Shown piece by piece: positions 10,634-20,856 of a DNA stretch of 64,000 nt. Each line of letters starts with the position of its first letter. Position 1 is the stretch's first letter. The notes under the pieces are model-generated. The model was not told the DNA's origin. It worked only from the letters and a program-made list of their open reading frames with translations, and did no database searches. The stretch is taken from assembly GCA_965205025.1 (NCBI GenBank), contig CBDBFU010000024.1:10008-74007 (forward strand), written 5' to 3'. The translations under genes and the position numbers were made by a program. This stretch comes from Candidatus Poribacteria bacterium (lineage in GTDB: Bacteria; Poribacteria; WGA-4E; WGA-3G).

Positions 10634-11458
10634 ATGTCAAGAAACAGATTGCTGATTGTAATTGTTCTCATAAGTTGTATCCTTACCTTTGCCTGCAATA
10701 AGACACAACAGATAAAAGATACGGTAGAATTAGAAATTGAACCGTCAGAAATGGTAGTGTATGAATCACCAGAGGATGTTCTTATTTTTATTGGTAAAAC
10801 ATGGTGGATAACTGCTGAAAATGCAAGAACTGAAGCAGAATTGACGAAAGAATTATTAGAGTCTAAAGGCATACAAGTAGGAATTACTGGGAATGAGGAT
10901 TCCTTAAGAGACTGGATGCTCCAGACAACTGCAAACAATTCAGTAAATATCTGCATTCTTAACGGTGTTTTACCTGCAGCGATATATCCAGCAGGGAATG
11001 CAATGCCTGACGGTTCTATAGTAGAAAACTGGATTGAATCAACTGATGGTGATACGATTTGGAGTCAAGCGGATTATTTAGGATATAACACTACAGAAGG
11101 CAAAGCAAATGAACGCGGGGCATTACAAAACCTTATGGACATTGAAGATATTGAGATTGATGTCTATACACACGACACAGATATGGTTGTTACAGAAATA
11201 GCAGGAGCTTTATGTCCAAGTTTAACAGGATTTGAATCTGACAGACCATTTCCTTTGGATCAATTCGAAGATGAATGGTATGCAGAAAAGATCTTTGCAT
11301 CTGATACTGGAAATTCTGAAGCAACTGTAGCAGATCCGATCATTGTCCGAGATGGGGATCGTGGTAGAATAGCAATTGTTTATCATACACAGTATCAAAA
11401 TAATCCGAAAGCTGAAGTTGCCTCCGAGATAATTAGCAATTATCTTATAGTCAAATAG
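10634..11458 (+). CDS. Lipoprotein of unknown function (paralog 2)
   Basis: AGGAG RBS; lipobox LTFAC; shares WIESTDGDTI..QADYLGY and SDRPFPL with paralog 1. Confidence 0.75.
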   Translation: MSRNRLLIVIVLISCILTFACNKTQQIKDTVELEIEPSEMVVYESPEDVLIFIGKTWWITAENARTEAELTKELLESKGIQVGITGNEDSLRDWMLQTTANNSVNICILNGVLPAAIYPAGNAMPDGSIVENWIESTDGDTIWSQADYLGYNTTEGKANERGALQNLMDIEDIEIDVYTHDTDMVVTEIAGALCPSLTGFESDRPFPLDQFEDEWYAEKIFASDTGNSEATVADPIIVRDGDRGRIAIVYHTQYQNNPKAEVASEIISNYLIVK

Positions 11459-12156
11459 CGTAAGATATCGTTTAGATTTGAGAATGAATAATCAGGTTGA
11501 CCATCCGGGATATTTGGTAATAATCCGTCTGAATTTCGCTGGATGTGTATACTCGTCATATTCACTCGGTTTGCACCAACAATATCATTTTCAATTGAAT
11601 CACCGACCATAATTGCTTCTCTCAATAAGACACCCGCCCTTTCACAAGCCACTTTGAAGATTTTAGAATGTGGTTTCCTTACACCAATTTCATCGGAAAT
11701 TGTTAATGACTGTATACGGTCTTTTAGTCCAAGTTGGTTGACTTTAGAAAGTTGACTATCTGTATGTTCATCATGCGCTCCGTTTGTAATTATACCAACA
11801 TGGAATGTGGGTAGTTCCTTAAGGACGGTGACATCTTTGTAGAGTTTCAGATTCGTGATATAACGTATACTTAGAAAATCATTCAGTTCCTCTGCCAGTT
11901 CACTTGAAGGTAATTTTAGTTCGTTGAACAAACAGTGGAAACGCGAATCTCTTACCTCTGCCATTGTACATTTCCCTGCGTCAAGTCGCTGAAATAGTGT
12001 TTCATGAACATTATGCCATGCCTTTAGGAGAGCATCTTCGGCTATATTCATCACTTTCTTGTGAAGATGTTGAAATGTCTCTCTAACCGCTAAATTCCAT
12101 GCTGTATCTGAGTCGCAGAGTGTTCCATCAAGATCAAAAAATATGGCTTTAATCAT
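11440..12156 (-). CDS. HAD-family hydrolase (YjjG-like)
   Basis: FFDLDGTL, ITNG, KP, VGDS..NDI.GA motifs. Confidence 0.9.
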   Translation of the reverse strand: MIKAIFFDLDGTLCDSDTAWNLAVRETFQHLHKKVMNIAEDALLKAWHNVHETLFQRLDAGKCTMAEVRDSRFHCLFNELKLPSSELAEELNDFLSIRYITNLKLYKDVTVLKELPTFHVGIITNGAHDEHTDSQLSKVNQLGLKDRIQSLTISDEIGVRKPHSKIFKVACERAGVLLREAIMVGDSIENDIVGANRVNMTSIHIQRNSDGLLPNIPDGQPDYSFSNLNDILRYLTIR

Positions 12157-12302
12157 ATCTTCTTTATGATACTATTTTCCTTGCGTTCGATGTAAAAAAT
12201 GAAGTTTTAATTTCTTAAATCCTGCCATGACAACTGCATTCATACTTTCAATGAGAGATATAATACCAAGTTATGTTATATGTAAGGATACCGTGTTTGA
12301 CA

Positions 12303-12435
12303 AAAGTGTTAATATTTATCGTTTTTATATGATAGCACTTTCACGGAAACCTTCACGGAGCAATTTTACGAAGCCTTATTCTATAAGGGTTTGTAATTTT
12401 AACTATACCAATTTTCCGTGAATCACATACGTTAA
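12303..12435. repeat. Dispersed ~130-bp repeat type C, copy 1
   Basis: TTCACGGAAACCTTCACGGAGCAATT...CCTTATTCTATAAGG...TTCCGTGAATCACATACGTTAA; also at ~40000 and ~48432. Confidence 0.85.
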
Positions 12436-12497
12436 TTATATTATAACTCAAGTGTGTATTTAGTACTTATCTGTTTTTCATACGAAGTGTATTGGGA

Positions 12498-12567
12498 CAT
12501 AGCATTCCGCTGGAGTGCCAGACTGTCCGATATTGTTTTCTATAGACATAGTACTCCGCTGGAGTAC
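12498..12567. repeat. REP-like hairpin doublet
   Basis: GCATTCCGCTGGAGTGC and GTACTCCGCTGGAGTAC separated by ...TTCTATAGACATA. Confidence 0.8.
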
Positions 12568-12682
12568 GGTATTTTTGATATAGAAAACTCCAAAAAATAG
12601 ACTTATCATTAGATTCTTAGTTCCCCCCTGAAATAGAATTGTCAAAATTATAGTAGTGAAGAATAAACTGTAATTCTCGAAA

Positions 12683-13799
12683 GGGTGTGTAAAGTTTTTG
12701 GCATGAATCTCACGGCTCATAGGGTTATTAGCTTATAGTTGGTAGTTATTAATTTACAGTTGTTAGTTTTTTAGTTGTTCACAATAGTTATATTTATGTT
12801 TTCTATATGTTGAATAAAGTTACACTTTTTGTCACATGGTGTGACATTGGTAAAACCCCTCTTTCGTCAGTACTACAGTGGGTTTAGAGCCACTTTTTTA
12901 AGGTTACAAGAATTTGTAAAAATTATAAAGTGGTGATGAATTTTGTGTCTTTTACTTTTCTTTTAATCCATCCATTTGGGATCGTATGAATGTGAAAAAT
13001 CATAACCGTCCATTTTGATATGGTATTAGAATATATTCGATAAATCATAGATTCGGAGGATTCTTTGTACGTACCATTTGCTATATTTTGAACCAACGGA
13101 TGGGGAAACACCAATTCTATAAAGAGAATTATATCTGTATGGATGATTCGTAGTAATGAGATACACTGTAGTTTTCTGGTGTGTATGATAGTCTGTTTTG
13201 TTTGAAGTCGGTCTAATTTTAAGTTTTTTGAGTTATTCAAGTTTTTCAAGTTTTTTGAGTTGCTTTTTAAGAAATGATTTTTTAATGAGCCGAAAACCCT
13301 GTTGAGGATTGGGATGACAAAGGATTTGAGTAATAGGTGTAAAATTTTAAAATTTGAAAAACTAAAAAAATATTCGGTTGAATTCTTATTGATTTTCCTC
13401 TGTATCTGCTGATGAGGTGATAATTCTGAATGTTTTCGTTGTAATTCTAACATGGATTTTCCTATTTCCCAGATAGTGGATTTGGTTGAATATGGCATAA
13501 AGTTTGGAAGCCTAAATAATTAGAAAACAGTTACACTTTCACGCCAGAAATAATAATTCGTACCTTGCAAGTAATGTGTTAGCTTTAGTTTACAATTATT
13601 GAACGATATAGTATTGTATCATTTTATTTGCATTTTGACAAATATATTTAATTTATTTTATGTTATTGTGATATATGTATCTTAGTTGTTATATGTTTAT
13701 GTTTTCTTCATTTTATTTTAAGTCTTATGGAAAAAGTGTGAAATTTGAATTTGATACAGTTTATATTAAGTAAATTAATGCCATAAACTTTACACACCC
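12683..13799. mobile_element. 1.1-kb element bounded by 26-bp inverted repeats, no recognisable transposase
   Basis: Left GGGTGTGTAAAGTTTTTGGCATGAAT versus reverse complement of the right end GGGTGTGTAAAGTTTATGGCATTAAT (2 mismatches); very AT-rich interior. Confidence 0.65.
12923..13498 (-). CDS. Hypothetical protein inside the inverted-repeat element (may be spurious)
   Basis: 191-codon ORF in very AT-rich DNA; K/N/I-rich; no family recognised. Confidence 0.3.
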   Translation of the reverse strand: MPYSTKSTIWEIGKSMLELQRKHSELSPHQQIQRKINKNSTEYFFSFSNFKILHLLLKSFVIPILNRVFGSLKNHFLKSNSKNLKNLNNSKNLKLDRLQTKQTIIHTRKLQCISLLRIIHTDIILFIELVFPHPLVQNIANGTYKESSESMIYRIYSNTISKWTVMIFHIHTIPNGWIKRKVKDTKFITTL

Positions 13800-13886
13800 G
13801 ATCATTGTCTCAGGATTGATTATAATTCCCAGATATGATACGCTAAAATAACCTTGTAAACCTATATACTGAAATGAACCAGACAC

Positions 13887-15503
13887 ATGAAATACAAGCA
13901 TTTTTCAGTCCCATTACTATTTATAATTCTAAGTATTGTATTCTATCTGAATAGCACTACAGCGGAGATAAAGTTTGTAGATGTTACTGAGGAAGCAGGT
14001 ATCCAATTTAAACATGCAGGTGGCATTGATTTACGTGTAGTTCCCGCGCTTGTTGGCTCAGGTGCAGCATGGTGTGACTATGATAACAATGGTACATTAG
14101 ATCTTTATATCGTAAATAGCACAGCAGTTAGACCTGAACCAGACACAATTCTACCAAAAAATACACTCTATCAGAACAACGGAGATGGAACATTTACCGA
14201 TGTGACAGATGTAGCAGGTGTTGGGGATACTGGATGGGGTATGGGATGTGCTTTTGCTGACTATGACAATGATGGTGATAAGGATCTATATGTTACAAAC
14301 TATAAAGCGAATGTATTCTATCTAAACAAAGGAGATGGGACATTCAAACGGTTCACATCAGGAGCAGGAGGCATTGGACATACGGGATTCGGTTCAGGAA
14401 TTTCCTGGGGAGATTATAATAATGACGGTTTTCTGGAACTTTATATTGGAAACTATATTGAATATACTAAAGTTCCCCAAGGGGATGAAGTCTTCTTTCC
14501 ATACGATTTTTTCGGGCAAAATAATGTATTCTATCTCAACAAAGGGGATGGAGAATTTATCGATGTAACTAATGTCTCAAAGATAAACGGTGGATTTCAT
14601 TTAACCCTCGGTGTTGCAGCAGCAGATTATGATGATGATGGTGATTTAGATATTTACCTTGCAAACGATAGTGATCAAAATATCCTCTATCGTAATGATG
14701 GTGAGATGACATTTATGAATACCAATCAACCGGATGCAAGAAGTCGGACCGGGGATATCCGCGGAGGCATGGGGATTGCTTGGGGTGATTATGACAATGA
14801 CGGTGTGTTAGATCTGTTTGTAACAAATTGGCTTGATGAAAACAATGTCCTCTATAGAAATAATGGAGATGGCACTTTCACAGATGTTTCTGCACGTAGT
14901 GGTATTTTTGAATCTGGACTTGGGAAAACATGTTGGGGAACTGTATTCTTTGATATGGATAACGATACAGATTTAGATCTGTTTTTCTCGGCTGGACACA
15001 TTGATCCGGCAACATGGGAAAATCATGGACAACCCGATATACTTTTACGCAATAATGGAGATGGGACATTTACAGATATTTCTGATCAAGTAGGTCTTAC
15101 AGAATTGGATTCTCCAGGTGTTGGTAGAGGTGTTGCCGCTGCAGATTATGATGGAGATGGTGATGTAGACCTGTTTGTTGTTAACAGCGGAGAAAAACCG
15201 AGACTCCTTCGTAATGATAGTGGAAACAAACACAACTGGATTCATATCCGTACGGTTGGTGTTGTAAGTAATCGTGATGGAATTGGAACGCGTATTAAAG
15301 TCATAACTGGTGATACTGAGCAAATTCGTGAGGTTATCGCTGGGAGTAGTTACCTGTCCCAGAATAGTTCAGAGGTGGAATTTGGTCTTGGAAACCACAA
15401 CATAGTTGATAAGATAATTATTCAATGGTCAAGTGGAATTGTACAGACGTTGCAAAATATCCCAGTCAATCAAAAGTTTGTAGTGATGGAGAAACGGAAC
15501 TGA
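13887..15503 (+). CDS. CRTAC1-like FG-GAP/VCBS repeat + ASPIC/UnbV protein
   Basis: Repeated DYDNDGDLD...LYRNNGDGTFTDV; C-terminal SNRDGIG...GSSYLSQ...FGLG. Confidence 0.9.
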   Translation: MKYKHFSVPLLFIILSIVFYLNSTTAEIKFVDVTEEAGIQFKHAGGIDLRVVPALVGSGAAWCDYDNNGTLDLYIVNSTAVRPEPDTILPKNTLYQNNGDGTFTDVTDVAGVGDTGWGMGCAFADYDNDGDKDLYVTNYKANVFYLNKGDGTFKRFTSGAGGIGHTGFGSGISWGDYNNDGFLELYIGNYIEYTKVPQGDEVFFPYDFFGQNNVFYLNKGDGEFIDVTNVSKINGGFHLTLGVAAADYDDDGDLDIYLANDSDQNILYRNDGEMTFMNTNQPDARSRTGDIRGGMGIAWGDYDNDGVLDLFVTNWLDENNVLYRNNGDGTFTDVSARSGIFESGLGKTCWGTVFFDMDNDTDLDLFFSAGHIDPATWENHGQPDILLRNNGDGTFTDISDQVGLTELDSPGVGRGVAAADYDGDGDVDLFVVNSGEKPRLLRNDSGNKHNWIHIRTVGVVSNRDGIGTRIKVITGDTEQIREVIAGSSYLSQNSSEVEFGLGNHNIVDKIIIQWSSGIVQTLQNIPVNQKFVVMEKRN

Positions 15504-15659
15504 AGGAATGTAATAGTTTTGAGGTTGTCTGTAGAACAGATAATAAGTATAATAAATTGAATTTTAATTTAAAATCCCGTATAATTAGCACAAAACCATA
15601 GGATATTCCTTTGGTTGATTACACATAATTGTTTGATGACTGTAGTCATGGAGGAAACA

Positions 15660-16310
15660 ATGAAACGATATTTCTTAATAATTTTATGTCTGGTATTTGC
15701 GGCAGGATTTGTTCTTGATGGGATACCAGCCAAAAAAGAGATCCGTGTATGGGGCGGTAAAGCCAATGATTTTACGGATTCAGACGGTCGCGTTTGGTAT
15801 GGTGGTCAAAAAGAAAAACAGGAATGGGGTGGTTGGATTGAGAAGCTGCCTCGAACAGCAGAAGTGAGAACTCTCACAGCTGATGCTAAGAAATTAGCTA
15901 AGGATGAAGGCTATGACGAAGACCTATTCTATGCTGTGAGTTGGGCAGCATTTCCCGATGTCGTTAAGGTTGATTTAAATACAGGAAAAGGTGTTTTTGA
16001 TGTAACCTATCTGGTTGGTGAACATTGGTCTCCAAACAATCGAGGTTTTGATATTATAATTGAAGAAGAGGTTGTTGAAGCACTCTACGTCACGCCAGGT
16101 AAGGATGAGATTGATATTAAAAGATATGAAGCAATTGAGGTTAAGGATACTGTGATGAGTCTTGTATTTGCAGGTAACGCCAAGACTGGTAAGGGTGATC
16201 TCAATGCGATGTTTAGTGGAATTGAAGTAGTTCCCTCACAATTAGCAGTTGATCCGAAACAGAAATTAACCACAACTTGGGGCACTCTCAAGGACAACCG
16301 TCGAGACTAA
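15660..16310 (+). CDS. Secreted malectin-like domain protein with C-terminal TTWG motif
   Basis: Signal peptide; FTDSDGRVW, RGFDIIIE, NAMFSGIEV; ends VDPKQKLTTTWGTLK; GGAGG RBS. Confidence 0.7.
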   Translation: MKRYFLIILCLVFAAGFVLDGIPAKKEIRVWGGKANDFTDSDGRVWYGGQKEKQEWGGWIEKLPRTAEVRTLTADAKKLAKDEGYDEDLFYAVSWAAFPDVVKVDLNTGKGVFDVTYLVGEHWSPNNRGFDIIIEEEVVEALYVTPGKDEIDIKRYEAIEVKDTVMSLVFAGNAKTGKGDLNAMFSGIEVVPSQLAVDPKQKLTTTWGTLKDNRRD

Positions 16311-16326
16311 ATGTAACGGAGGATAT

Positions 16327-16971
16327 ATGAAGTCATTAAGTATTATAACACTCATACTTTTTATGGGTGTTTTCGTAGTACCGTGTCTATTATCAGCAGA
16401 AGAATTTCGAGTTTGGGGTGGTAAGACAGATGATTACACCGATTCGAAAGGTCGTGTGTGGCGCGGTGCACAACAGACTGACCAATCTTGGGGTGGATGG
16501 ATTGAAGCTGCTCCCCGTACTGCAGAAGTCAAGGAATTAACTGCTGACGCACAAGCACAGGCTGAAGAGGCAGGATACGATGCAGAACTTTTCTACGCTG
16601 TAAGTTGGGCAGCATTTCCAGCGACTGTGAAGTATCAATTCAAGACTGGTAATGGTCATTTTGATGTGACATATCTTGTTGGTGAACACTGGTCGCCTAA
16701 CAATCGCGGATTTGATATAATTATAGAAGATGAGATTGTGGAACCACTTTATGTAACACCTGGTCGTCATGAGATTGATATAAAGAATTATGACGCTATA
16801 GAGGTTTCTGATGGCACACTGGATTTCAATTTTGCGGGGAATGGTGATACTGGTAAAGGTGATCTCAACGCAATGTTCAGCGCTCTTGAAGCTGTTCCAA
16901 GCGCTGCCACACCTGTGGATCCAAAAGCAAAATTGGCTACCACTTGGGGTTCATTAAAGAATACTCGATAA
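16327..16971 (+). CDS. Secreted malectin-like domain protein with C-terminal TTWG motif (paralog)
   Basis: Highly similar to the upstream gene; ends VDPKAKLATTWGSLK. Confidence 0.7.
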   Translation: MKSLSIITLILFMGVFVVPCLLSAEEFRVWGGKTDDYTDSKGRVWRGAQQTDQSWGGWIEAAPRTAEVKELTADAQAQAEEAGYDAELFYAVSWAAFPATVKYQFKTGNGHFDVTYLVGEHWSPNNRGFDIIIEDEIVEPLYVTPGRHEIDIKNYDAIEVSDGTLDFNFAGNGDTGKGDLNAMFSALEAVPSAATPVDPKAKLATTWGSLKNTR

Positions 16972-16989
16972 TCGTATAGTTTCTATTAC

Positions 16990-17022
16990 AAAAGCCTTCG
17001 ACATTGAATGTCGAAGGCTTTT
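16990..17022. terminator. Bidirectional intrinsic terminator
   Basis: AAAAGCCTTCGACATT-G-AATGTCGAAGGCTTTT perfect inverted repeat between convergent genes. Confidence 0.9.
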
Positions 17023-17090
17023 ATATTTTAATTGTATTTTCTTAAATCAGAGTATTTATCACTGCAAGTAAATCGCTATAAGTTGGATAT

Positions 17091-18128
17091 TTACAAACGT
17101 TCTCTAAGCATATCCATCAATCCATCTGGGGGATCGAAGGGTAGTTCTATTACCTCATTCGTAATACCACTATAATAGATTCCTAATAGTAGGTTGAATT
17201 CTGCAAGCGACTGTTTTAGATGGGTCGGATGTACGTTGTTTTCATCGTCAAGCCAATCAAAAACGGCCTCAGTAAGGTTACCTTGTGCGATAACATCTTG
17301 CTCACCATAGCTGAGTGGACCACCTTCATACCCACCCTCTCGTGTGGAACGTTCCCAACTACTAAAACGCCAATGTACAAATCCATCGGTACCGATAACG
17401 AAAACGCGTTTGTGGAAGAAAACTGTCTGATCCTCTGAAGCAGATGGTGCAATGGCTGTTCCGAAGGCAACAGAAACGTGGAGTCCGTTCTCATACTGAA
17501 CTCTGGCTGCAGCATATTGTGGAGACGGTTGAGCTGAATCTAATTGAGCACCACCAGAAACCTGTCCGAGTACCCGTACAGGACGTGAATTATCTATGTA
17601 GGATGATACCAACTGAAGGACGTGTGGACCTTGGTCAACGGGTGTGCTTCTTGCACTGGCATCAATGAATTTTATCTCACCAATTCTTCCTTCAGCCACA
17701 TCCTTCTTTAGTTCGAGATTTTGTGGGTGAAAGTTCAGCTGTGTGTTCACCACAAACTTAGTTTTCGTCTCTTCAGCTAATCCTGCAATTTGTCTCCAAT
17801 CTTCACTTTCAACAGCAATAGGTTTTTCGACAATCGCTGCCGGAACACCAGCGTCGGATGCTTGTTTCATTAGTGGATAACGTATCCGTTCGTTACTACC
17901 ACGTAAGACAGGAGCAGTAACAATATGAAGAACATCAGGTTTTTCTTTTTCAAGCATCTCCTGTAAGTCTGTATAACGTGCAGATATTCCAAAATCGTCT
18001 CCAAACCTATTGAGTAATTCTTTATTCATATCACAAACTGCTGAGAGTTTACCGTTTTTTACAAAGCGATACGCATCAGCATGTGCGTGTGCTCTTCCAC
18101 CACATCCTAACATCGCTGTTTTATACAT
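17091..18128 (-). CDS. Gfo/Idh/MocA oxidoreductase (array copy 5)
   Basis: LGCGGRA Rossmann motif, EKP, DQGPH. Confidence 0.9.
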   Translation of the reverse strand: MYKTAMLGCGGRAHAHADAYRFVKNGKLSAVCDMNKELLNRFGDDFGISARYTDLQEMLEKEKPDVLHIVTAPVLRGSNERIRYPLMKQASDAGVPAAIVEKPIAVESEDWRQIAGLAEETKTKFVVNTQLNFHPQNLELKKDVAEGRIGEIKFIDASARSTPVDQGPHVLQLVSSYIDNSRPVRVLGQVSGGAQLDSAQPSPQYAAARVQYENGLHVSVAFGTAIAPSASEDQTVFFHKRVFVIGTDGFVHWRFSSWERSTREGGYEGGPLSYGEQDVIAQGNLTEAVFDWLDDENNVHPTHLKQSLAEFNLLLGIYYSGITNEVIELPFDPPDGLMDMLRERL

Positions 18129-18202
18129 AGAAATGTCTCCTAAATTAGTGTATCAATTTCATGAAAATGGATGTATGCCAACAGGAAAAGACTTGTCAGC
18201 AG

Positions 18203-19246
18203 TTATAATTTCTCACGTAGTATGTCAATAATTCCATCAGGTGGTTCAAACGGTAGTTCTATTATCTCATTTGAGACCCCGCTATAATAAATGCCAAGGA
18301 GCAGATTGAATTCAGCGAGGGATTGCTTGAGATGTGTGGGATGTACGTTCTTCTCATCATCAAGCCAATCGAAAACAGCTTCAGTGAGATTTCCTTGTGC
18401 GATGACATCCTGCTCACCATAATCGAGTGGACCACTCTCGTAACCACCATCTTGTGTTGAACGTTCCCAACTGCTAAATCGCCAGTGTACAAACCCTTTT
18501 GTCCCTATGACAAAGACGCGTTTGTGTGTGTGATTTCCCATATCCGGTTCTTTAGGCACTTTCTGACCTATACTTGCTCCGAATGCCAGAGAGACATGTA
18601 GACCGTTCGCATATATTACCTGTGCAGCAGCATGCATGGGTGAAGGTTGCGTAGAATCCAGATCTTGGCCTCCAGAAATCTGTCCCAATACACGTGTAGG
18701 ACGTGAGTTGTCAATGTAGGACGAAACAAGTTGCAACACATGAGGTGCTTGATCTACTGGTGTACTCCGTGCACTGGCATCAATAAACTTAATCTCTCCT
18801 ATTCTGCCTTCTGCGACATCCTTCTTCAATTCGAGATTCTGTGGATGAAAGTTCAGCTGTGTGTTTACGACGAACTTAGTTTTTGTTTCCTCTGCTAAAC
18901 CTGCAAGCTGCTTCCAATCTTCAGTTTCAACAGCAATAGGTTTCTCTACGATTGCAGCTGGCACCTTATGGTCGGATGCTTGTTTCATCAAAGAATAACG
19001 GATCCGTTGATTTGTACCGCGTAATACTGGTGCCGTGACAATGTGGAGGACATCAGGTTTTTCCTTTTCAAGCATCTCATCCAGATCAGTGTATCGTGAA
19101 GCAACACCAAAGTCCTCGCCAAAGCTTGTCAGTAAATCTTCATTCATATCGCAGATTGCTGAGAGTTTACCGTTTTTAACGAAACGATATGCATCAGCAT
19201 GTGCGCGTGCCCGTCCACCGCACCCTAACATCGCTGTTTTATACAT
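18203..19246 (-). CDS. Gfo/Idh/MocA oxidoreductase (array copy 4)
   Basis: Same motifs; DQAPH. Confidence 0.9.
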   Translation of the reverse strand: MYKTAMLGCGGRARAHADAYRFVKNGKLSAICDMNEDLLTSFGEDFGVASRYTDLDEMLEKEKPDVLHIVTAPVLRGTNQRIRYSLMKQASDHKVPAAIVEKPIAVETEDWKQLAGLAEETKTKFVVNTQLNFHPQNLELKKDVAEGRIGEIKFIDASARSTPVDQAPHVLQLVSSYIDNSRPTRVLGQISGGQDLDSTQPSPMHAAAQVIYANGLHVSLAFGASIGQKVPKEPDMGNHTHKRVFVIGTKGFVHWRFSSWERSTQDGGYESGPLDYGEQDVIAQGNLTEAVFDWLDDEKNVHPTHLKQSLAEFNLLLGIYYSGVSNEIIELPFEPPDGIIDILREKL

Positions 19247-19327
19247 GAAGTATCTCCTCTAATGTCAATTAAAATAGTACGCCAGCAGCGCACCAGAAGG
19301 TAGAATAGGCAAAGGTGAAACCTTTAC

Positions 19328-20392
19328 CTACAACACAAAATGCTTTTTAATTACAATTTCTCTCAAATTATCCAATAATCCATCGGGGGGTTCAAACGGC
19401 AGATCAATAATCTGATTTGTTATCCCGCTGTAATACATTCCTAAGATAAGGTTTGACTCAACAAGGGACTGTTTGAGATGCGTCGGATGTACCTTGGTTT
19501 CATCATCTAACCAATCAAAAATGGCTTCGGTGAAGTTTGCCTGTGCGACGACATCTTGTTCTCCATAGTTAAGCGTACCGCCCTCATACCCTCCACTCAA
19601 TGTTGAACGTTCCCAACTGCTGAAACGCCAATGCACGAAGCCTTTTGTTCCCACAACAAATACACGTTTGTGTCCGTAGACACCCGGATCATCAGAAACG
19701 ATTTGTCCGAACTCTGATCCAAATGCAAGGGACACGTGGACACCGTTCTCATATAAAACATGTCCGACTGCGTTCAATGGACCCGGATGTCCAGGAGCAG
19801 AATTTACATTCTCTGTTCCAGAGATTTGTCCAAGAATCCGTATTGGGTGTGAGTTGCCAATGTAGGATGACACCAATTGAATTATATGTCCTCCTTGTTC
19901 GGATGCTCTACTCCGTGCACTGGCATCAATAAATCTAATATCGCCGATCCGTCCTTCAATAACATCCCTTTTTAACTCAAGATTTGTCGGATGGAATTCG
20001 AGTTGTGTGTTGACAACAAATTTCGTTTTTGTCTCTTCTTCTAACCCTGCAATTTGCTTCCAATCCTCACCTTCAATAGCGAGAGGTTTTTCAACCACCA
20101 CCGCTGGTACGCCGTGATTGGCAGCCTGCTTCATTAACGGATACCGGATACGTTCTTTGGTACTCGGAACGACGGGAGTTGTGACGATGTGGAGGACATC
20201 CGGTTTCTCTTTTTCAAGCATCTGATCCAAATCGGTATACATGGAAGAAATACCGAAGTCCTTGCCGAAATTCCTCAGTAATTCTTCATTCATATCACAT
20301 ATTGCTGAAAGTTTACCATTTTTTACCAAACGATAAGCGTCAGCATGTCCGCGTGCCCGTCCGCCGCACCCTAACATCGCTGTTTTATACAC
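19328..20392 (-). CDS. Gfo/Idh/MocA oxidoreductase (array copy 3, most divergent)
   Basis: GTG start aligned with paralogs; EKP; EQGGH replaces DQxPH. Confidence 0.9.
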   Translation of the reverse strand: MYKTAMLGCGGRARGHADAYRLVKNGKLSAICDMNEELLRNFGKDFGISSMYTDLDQMLEKEKPDVLHIVTTPVVPSTKERIRYPLMKQAANHGVPAVVVEKPLAIEGEDWKQIAGLEEETKTKFVVNTQLEFHPTNLELKRDVIEGRIGDIRFIDASARSRASEQGGHIIQLVSSYIGNSHPIRILGQISGTENVNSAPGHPGPLNAVGHVLYENGVHVSLAFGSEFGQIVSDDPGVYGHKRVFVVGTKGFVHWRFSSWERSTLSGGYEGGTLNYGEQDVVAQANFTEAIFDWLDDETKVHPTHLKQSLVESNLILGMYYSGITNQIIDLPFEPPDGLLDNLREIVIKKHFVL

Positions 20393-20462
20393 AGTAATGT
20401 CCCCTTTGGAATCATGTTTCAAGTAGGACTAATGAATGTAAAGTCAAATTACGATTATTCTC

Positions 20463-20735
20463 TTACTCCTGATTCTTTTCTAACACCTTTCTGAAATCCT
20501 CCAGACTTTCCACTTTCAATGCAATCTGAAATACTTCTTTTAGTCTTTCTAAATCAGAGATCGCCGACAATGCAGATTCAAAATCTTTTACATCATCGTT
20601 TTCAAGACGATTGTTAAGCAACTCCAGGATATACTCGCGTGCCATCTCTTGTGCACCTTGTTCGCGTGCTTGGGGTGCGACATATTCAACAACTGAAGAT
20701 TGATGCATGGTTTCCTCCGAAATAATATCTATCAT
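20463..20735 (-). CDS. C-terminal fragment of an Rpn/YhgA-like (PD-(D/E)XK putative transposase) protein
   Basis: IISEETMHQSSVVEY..AREQGAQEMARE.ILELL..R...ISDLERLK..F..AL..ESLEDF resembles Rpn C-termini. Confidence 0.55.
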   Translation of the reverse strand: MIDIISEETMHQSSVVEYVAPQAREQGAQEMAREYILELLNNRLENDDVKDFESALSAISDLERLKEVFQIALKVESLEDFRKVLEKNQE

Positions 20736-20856
20736 GGTTTGCTGGCAACATCAATGCTTTTTGGAGTATATACATTGGTAAATTTGTTGGATTTCAGATT
20801 ACAGAGTAATTAGCGTAGTGGCAGACTTTGTACCTATCACTACGCCACTTATCAAT

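Noticed and set aside
12227-12720. Small ORFs 12227..12421 and 12478..12720
   Set aside because: They overlap dispersed repeats; no coding evidence.
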